Positions 16,038 through 20,765 of a stretch of 20,765 bases of DNA are shown piece by piece. A program made the translations under genes and the position numbers. Each line of letters begins with the position of its first letter. The first letter of the stretch is position 1. The stretch comes from an uncultured archaeon (lineage in GTDB: Archaea; Asgardarchaeota; Lokiarchaeia; Sigyniarchaeales; SOKP01), in NCBI GenBank assembly GCA_964388035.1, contig CAYLZE010000093.1, positions 1-20,765 on the forward strand, written 5' to 3'. Under the pieces are notes generated by a model. The model saw only the letters and a program-made list of their open reading frames with translations, did not search any database and was not told the origin of the DNA.

Positions 16038-17765
16038 ATGTATCATCTAAATCAAGATGAAGAATATGCAAATACACCGTACTATCGAAAAACATTTAGC
16101 ATATGCCCAGAATGCTTGGAACGTATTCCCGCCGAAGTTGTAGAAGAAAATGGCGAGATTTGGATGAGAAAGGAGTGCTCAGAACATGGAAAATTCCAGG
16201 ATAAAATCTCCTCGAGCGCACGATATTATAAATGGACACACTATGCCCGAAAAGACAAGAACGGGAAAATAGTTTGGCAGTTCAAAAAGAATGGGGAAGC
16301 AAATCCACCAGACATGATCGGAGAAGATCCCAGGGGATGCCCTTATAATTGCGGATTATGTCCGGAACATTTATCGACGTGCTCTCTTGCCTTAATTGAT
16401 TTGACCAATAGGTGTAATTTTAATTGTAATTTCTGTTACGCTAACGTCCAAAAGTCTGGTTATTGGATTGAACCGACTTTGGAAGAAATCGAGCGAATCA
16501 TGGACCATTTTCGAAATAAGCCCATTCCTTCACCCGCCATAATGTTTACCGGAGGAGAACCAACCGTTCGCAAAGATTTTCCCGAAATTTGCAAAATGGC
16601 CAAGGACAAAGGATTTCAGGAAGTCATTGTTGCCACGAATGGCTATGGTTTCCAGAAGAAAAAAGGAGGGTTAGAATGGACGAAAAAAGTTTATGAAATG
16701 GGGCTGGATACTCTTTATCTCCAATTTGATGGTATAAATAATGCGACCTGGGAAAAAACCCGCGGTATCAAAAATTTAATGGATTACAAGATGCGGGTGG
16801 TGGAGAATTGTCGACAAGTGGGATTATCTTCCATTAATTTAGTAGCAACGATCGTGAAAGGCATAACAGACATTGAGATCGGAAATATCATTCAATTTGC
16901 CTTAGATAACATCGATGTGGTAAGAGGAATTACCTTTCAGCCCGTATCTCTTTGCGGTAGGATAACAGCCGAAGAAATGAATGATTTGCGCATAACTAAT
17001 GCAGATGTGATTCAAGAAATTGAAAAGCAGACCGGCGGAGCAATCAGCATGGAAGATGCTTGGTATCCATTAACTGTTATCGTGGAATTGGGAAGAGTAA
17101 TTTCCTATTTGGCGGATGTGGAACCCATTGAATTCACTTGTCATCCTGATTGTGGGTTTGCTACGTATTTAGTAGTAGATCCCGATACAAATAGCATGGT
17201 TCCCATATCAGACTTTTTCGATCCCATGAAAATTATCGATTTCGCCAACAAGTTTTGGGATAAAATCAAGCACAAGGAAAAGCAACCCGTCACCATTTTC
17301 CAAGATATATTCGGAGAGTTTGGAAAGACGTTAGACAAGGGGGTAGAATTTCTTGATAAAACTCAATTAAGGGCACGATTCTTATTGGGAATACTACAAT
17401 ACACTAAAAAACCCGGAAAGTTAATGGAAATGTTCAGTCGATTATTAATGAATGGTGATTGGGAAAGTATTAGCTCATTTACCCACGGAACATTGTTATT
17501 ATCCTCCATGCATTTCCAGGATGCTTATAACATGGATATCGAGCGCACAAGACGATGTATTGTCCATTTTGGAGTAGCAATGCCCGATGGTTCCGTTAGA
17601 GAAATCTCATTTTGCACCATGAATACATTACATCGGCCAACTATAGAAAAACTTGTATCAAAAGAAACTACTGAAAAAGTAAGGAATGAATTCGATACCA
17701 CGACGGGAGAATTAAACCTCGAAGTTGAAGTCGCTAGAAATGGTGGAGAAAAGAAAAAGAAGTAA
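16038..17765 (+). CDS. tes: Radical SAM tetraether lipid synthase family (Tes / GDGT-MAS, MJ0619-like)
   Basis: N-terminal SICPEC...KECSEHG metal site, GCPYNCGLCPEH...C auxiliary cluster motif, TNRCNFNCNFC radical SAM motif, GGEPT, HPDCG, MHFQDAYN.D..R..RC..H and FC..N C-terminal cluster region. Confidence 0.88.
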   Translation: MYHLNQDEEYANTPYYRKTFSICPECLERIPAEVVEENGEIWMRKECSEHGKFQDKISSSARYYKWTHYARKDKNGKIVWQFKKNGEANPPDMIGEDPRGCPYNCGLCPEHLSTCSLALIDLTNRCNFNCNFCYANVQKSGYWIEPTLEEIERIMDHFRNKPIPSPAIMFTGGEPTVRKDFPEICKMAKDKGFQEVIVATNGYGFQKKKGGLEWTKKVYEMGLDTLYLQFDGINNATWEKTRGIKNLMDYKMRVVENCRQVGLSSINLVATIVKGITDIEIGNIIQFALDNIDVVRGITFQPVSLCGRITAEEMNDLRITNADVIQEIEKQTGGAISMEDAWYPLTVIVELGRVISYLADVEPIEFTCHPDCGFATYLVVDPDTNSMVPISDFFDPMKIIDFANKFWDKIKHKEKQPVTIFQDIFGEFGKTLDKGVEFLDKTQLRARFLLGILQYTKKPGKLMEMFSRLLMNGDWESISSFTHGTLLLSSMHFQDAYNMDIERTRRCIVHFGVAMPDGSVREISFCTMNTLHRPTIEKLVSKETTEKVRNEFDTTTGELNLEVEVARNGGEKKKK

Positions 17766-17783
17766 GTAAAGGGTGAGAACTGA

Positions 17784-18068
17784 ATGTCCCAAAAAATTAT
17801 TGAAAAAGACGGATTAAAATTAAGACAGTTAACGGAATTAAAGACACAAACCGCTAAAGAATATCAAGATGCAATGTTAAATCGAGTGGAATATTTCAAA
17901 GAGAAAAATCTTCAAAAAAGTCAATTTAATAGCTTTATACAGAACGCGGTTGTTAAGGGCTTGGGAGCAGCTTTAAATCTTAAAACTCAAATAGATAAAT
18001 CCCTTGGAGAAGAGAATTTAAAGAAAGTACATGAAATATTTGATAATATTCTCCTTTTTGGTCTATAA
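17784..18068 (+). CDS. Small helical hypothetical protein, likely co-transcribed with tes
   Basis: 18 bp after the tes stop, GGGTGA Shine-Dalgarno, followed by T-rich tracts. Confidence 0.75.
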   Translation: MSQKIIEKDGLKLRQLTELKTQTAKEYQDAMLNRVEYFKEKNLQKSQFNSFIQNAVVKGLGAALNLKTQIDKSLGEENLKKVHEIFDNILLFGL

Positions 18069-18293
18069 ATAAAAAAGAATCTATATATTTGCTTTATTTT
18101 TTAATTATTTTTTTATTGAATTATGATGTAGAAATAAAAATAAGCTAGGAGAATTTCTTCTGGGTATCTTTCAAATAGTTTTTTTAAAAAAAATCCTTTT
18201 TATTCGATAATTATAGCAATCACGGGAAAATATTACATGTAAGAGAAAGGATATAACTCTTTCTTTTTAAAGTCAGGTGAGCCCTGGGATTTC

Positions 18294-19451
18294 ATGAAGA
18301 GAATAAAATCGATCGATAGCATTCGTGGACTAAGTATAATTTGGATGTTTATTGGTCATTTAAGTGGATGGTGGATAGTATGGGAAGACATGTACGTGGC
18401 TCATTTATTATTTGCTTTTTTAGATCCAATAGGTGCGTCCGCTTTTATTTTTATTTCGGGAATCAGTACTAGTTTTTCCGTGAATAATAGAAAAAAGCAA
18501 ATTAATAAATCGGATGTGCAGGAATTAGGAAATTTTAAGAAGGAATACTATTTCAGAGCTCTTTTAATACTTGGATTGGCGTTGGGATATAACTTATTCT
18601 TGGTTATTTTTTTTGGAGATTTAAAATATTTCTGGACGTGGTTTGTTTTATTAACTATCGCTATTTCCTTACTCTTGGGATGGTTTATTTTAAAAATTCC
18701 TAAATCGATAAGAATTTTAATTGTCTTTCTAATTTGGATACTTAATGAAATATTATTAATTTTTTTATATCCTCATCAAGGGGAAATGAACGTGCATGGC
18801 GTACTCTTTTACTTTTTATATAATTCTTTAGATCTGGATTTCTTTCTTGGCTTTTTTCCTTTCTTCATAATTGGGACTGTGCTAGGCGATATATTGTATG
18901 AAATTTATAAAGAGGAGGAGGAAAAGGTAATGAAACTCGATCTTAAAAAGAAACTTTTAATACCATCTTTAATCTCGGGACCTTCATTAATTTTAGTTGG
19001 GATCTTCTTTCAGCTACGTTTGGGAGATATATACGGTCATGACACCCAACTGTTTAATTTTCCGGACTTTCTGATAAGAGGAAGCTTTTCTTGGTTATTG
19101 TATACCTTTGGAATCTTGCTGGTATTGCTTTCAATTTTAATCTTTATAGAAGAATTCGATATTTTGAAAACAAAGAAACCCCATCGCTTTCTTTATTACT
19201 TTTCTTATTATTCATTAACCGTATTTATTTCGCATAATGTCTTATTTTTTATCTTCCCGAATCAATTTTCAGCAACCATTATTTGGCTTCCTATAGCTAT
19301 AACTATTATAATTGTTTGGTTTTTGTTGAGAAGCATCTATTTTTCTAAATGGAGGGACTATTTCTCCATTAAAATTCAAATTGGTAGATTAAGTCTCTGG
19401 CTAACTGAAAGATTTACCAGAAAAGAAGAGATGCATGTTATTGTAAAATAG
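18294..19451 (+). CDS. Heparan-alpha-glucosaminide N-acetyltransferase-like (DUF1624) multi-TM membrane acyltransferase
   Basis: N-terminal KRIKSIDSIRGLSIIWMFIGH, FIFISGIS, and late YSLTVFISH motif. About 10 hydrophobic segments. Confidence 0.8.
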   Translation: MKRIKSIDSIRGLSIIWMFIGHLSGWWIVWEDMYVAHLLFAFLDPIGASAFIFISGISTSFSVNNRKKQINKSDVQELGNFKKEYYFRALLILGLALGYNLFLVIFFGDLKYFWTWFVLLTIAISLLLGWFILKIPKSIRILIVFLIWILNEILLIFLYPHQGEMNVHGVLFYFLYNSLDLDFFLGFFPFFIIGTVLGDILYEIYKEEEEKVMKLDLKKKLLIPSLISGPSLILVGIFFQLRLGDIYGHDTQLFNFPDFLIRGSFSWLLYTFGILLVLLSILIFIEEFDILKTKKPHRFLYYFSYYSLTVFISHNVLFFIFPNQFSATIIWLPIAITIIIVWFLLRSIYFSKWRDYFSIKIQIGRLSLWLTERFTRKEEMHVIVK

Positions 19452-19465
19452 AAAACTGTAGGTAC

Positions 19466-20026
19466 TCATAATCGTTTGCGGGGTCGAGGAGGGATATAAC
19501 GCACGTTAGGTCCTGTTTGCAAGTCTTCTTTGAGAACAAAAGTATCTTCTTTTGAAATAAATTGGGCAAGTTTACCATGTGGGTCATTCACATCTCCAAA
19601 ATATATTGCTTGTCCCTCGCAACAAATCACGCAAAAGGGTTCCAACCCAATATCCATTCTATCAGCACAGAAATTGCATTTTTGAATAACACCCTCTTCG
19701 TAATTAAATTGGATCACGTTATATGGGCATGCTTCCATGCAAGATTGACATCCATCACATTCCTCTTGCTGCAATATTACAATCCCATCATCTCGCTTTT
19801 TCAGGGCGCCAACTGGGCAAGCTTCCACGCAAGGAGGATTATCACAGTGATTACATAGATGAGGTAAGAAATCCATCTTGAGGTCTGGAAATTTTCCAAA
19901 AGGCACATCTTTATAAGAAGCATTTATTGTTTCCACCTTGATCCAGTGGTATCTAGTCTCATGTTCCTTCATGCAAGCAATAGTACAGCAATTACAGCCT
20001 ATACACCTATTTTGGTCAATGACCAT
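19466..20026 (-). CDS. 4Fe-4S electron-transfer subunit (DmsB/NrfC-like) of a molybdopterin oxidoreductase
   Basis: CIGCNCCTIAC, CNHCDNPPCVEACP, CDGCQSCMEACPY, KCNFC...PFCVICC...AIYFGD and TGPNVRY motifs. The real start may be ACG at 20044. Confidence 0.92.
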   Translation of the reverse strand: MVIDQNRCIGCNCCTIACMKEHETRYHWIKVETINASYKDVPFGKFPDLKMDFLPHLCNHCDNPPCVEACPVGALKKRDDGIVILQQEECDGCQSCMEACPYNVIQFNYEEGVIQKCNFCADRMDIGLEPFCVICCEGQAIYFGDVNDPHGKLAQFISKEDTFVLKEDLQTGPNVRYIPPRPRKRL

Positions 20027-20036
20027 TCCATAAATT

Positions 20037-20765
20037 TTATTCGTTTTCTTTAACCTCCTTTTTTATGATCTCAACAGCCACGTCATTCATGTGCATGTTC
20101 GGCTCGTAAATTTTGTTTTGAACGGGATTGATTATATCATGTGTTAGATGATTCACGCTTCCTTCTTCAAATTGTTCGATCCACCACCCTTCAGATATAT
20201 TGACTACTCCCGGTTGAACACTTTCCGTGACTCTTGCTTTTAGAATTGTTCGAGCTCTATCATTAAACACGATCACTACATCATCGTCTTTTATATTTCT
20301 GGTATTTGCATCGATAGGGTTTATATCAACCATTGGCTCGGGATAAAGATCCTTAAATGTAGAAACATTTGCGAACATTGAATGGGTTCTGAACCGCGTG
20401 TGTCCTTGAATAAAAGTCAGGGGATACTTTTTTTCCCCCGGAGTGATAGGGGCTTCGATTGGCTCCAAATAAACAGGAAGAGCTTGCCCATCTTCAGTTA
20501 ATTGTTCGGCATATAGTTCGATTTTACCCGAAGGAGTTGAAAAACTTAAAGGGAAATTTCCCCCTTCGGGTAATTCTCTTAAGAATTTAGCTTCATTTCT
20601 CAAGCTCTCCCGGGATATACCTTCTAGAGTGGGATGATCCAAGATCAAATCAATGAGACCTTCTTCGCCTCCTTTAAAGTATTCTCCATAACCCAAACGT
20701 TCTGCAAGTTCTGATACGATGGTTGCATCAGATTTTGATTCATACAGGGGCTCAATAACCTTTTG
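20037..20765 (-). CDS. Molybdopterin (DMSO reductase family) oxidoreductase catalytic subunit, C-terminal part (runs off window)
   Basis: Frame is open to the window edge (QKVIEPLYESKSDATIVSELAERLG...). TPSGKIEL, YPLTF...RTHSMF, INPIDA..RNI.DDD.V.VFNDR and VQPGVV..GWW mark the molybdopterin dinucleotide-binding domain. Confidence 0.92.
   Translation of the reverse strand, partial: QKVIEPLYESKSDATIVSELAERLGYGEYFKGGEEGLIDLILDHPTLEGISRESLRNEAKFLRELPEGGNFPLSFSTPSGKIELYAEQLTEDGQALPVYLEPIEAPITPGEKKYPLTFIQGHTRFRTHSMFANVSTFKDLYPEPMVDINPIDANTRNIKDDDVVIVFNDRARTILKARVTESVQPGVVNISEGWWIEQFEEGSVNHLTHDIINPVQNKIYEPNMHMNDVAVEIIKKEVKENE

Noticed and set aside
414-19858. Short antisense or alternate-frame ORFs in the track (414, 1274, 2496, 3104, 3440, 4542, 4860, 6353, 7280, 8699, 12339, 12659, 12819, 13239, 15069, 17141, 19562)
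   Set aside because: They overlap better-supported genes and have shadow-ORF composition without motifs.
20037-20696. TTG start at 20696 given by the ORF track
   Set aside because: The frame stays open and family-like to the window edge, so the gene starts outside the window.
1-20765. CRISPR arrays, tRNA/rRNA genes, IS elements
   Set aside because: No regularly spaced direct repeats, cloverleaf or GC-rich structural RNA blocks, transposase motifs or terminal inverted repeats seen by eye. A covariance-model scan was not possible.

Overview
AT-rich archaeal genomic window, most likely an Asgard (Lokiarchaeia-like) archaeon. This is inferred from a tetraether-synthase-family radical SAM gene, a TrmB regulator, a gelsolin-like domain, a HEAT-repeat protein and archaeal TATA/oligo-T signals. 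Recognisable metabolic genes are an epoxide-hydrolase-like alpha/beta hydrolase, pncB, a flavodoxin, Tes/GDGT-MAS, an HGSNAT/DUF1624-like membrane protein, and the 3' end of a molybdopterin oxidoreductase with its DmsB-like Fe-S subunit. The best candidate for an undescribed system is a two-gene unit at 5653-9833. Both proteins are built from the same ~55-70 aa three-helix (MIT/TPR-like) repeat; one has an N-terminal gelsolin-like domain and the other ends in two Ig-like beta-sandwiches. Items missed by the ORF track: a 43-aa four-Cys HiPIP/BssC-like miniprotein divergent from the TrmB gene, a CocE hydrolase split by one in-frame TGA, several decayed gene remnants between 11.8 and 15.9 kb, and a probable ACG (mutated ATG) start for the Fe-S subunit. 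No rRNA, tRNA, CRISPR array or intact mobile element was seen. Family assignments come from motif recognition by eye, not database searches.
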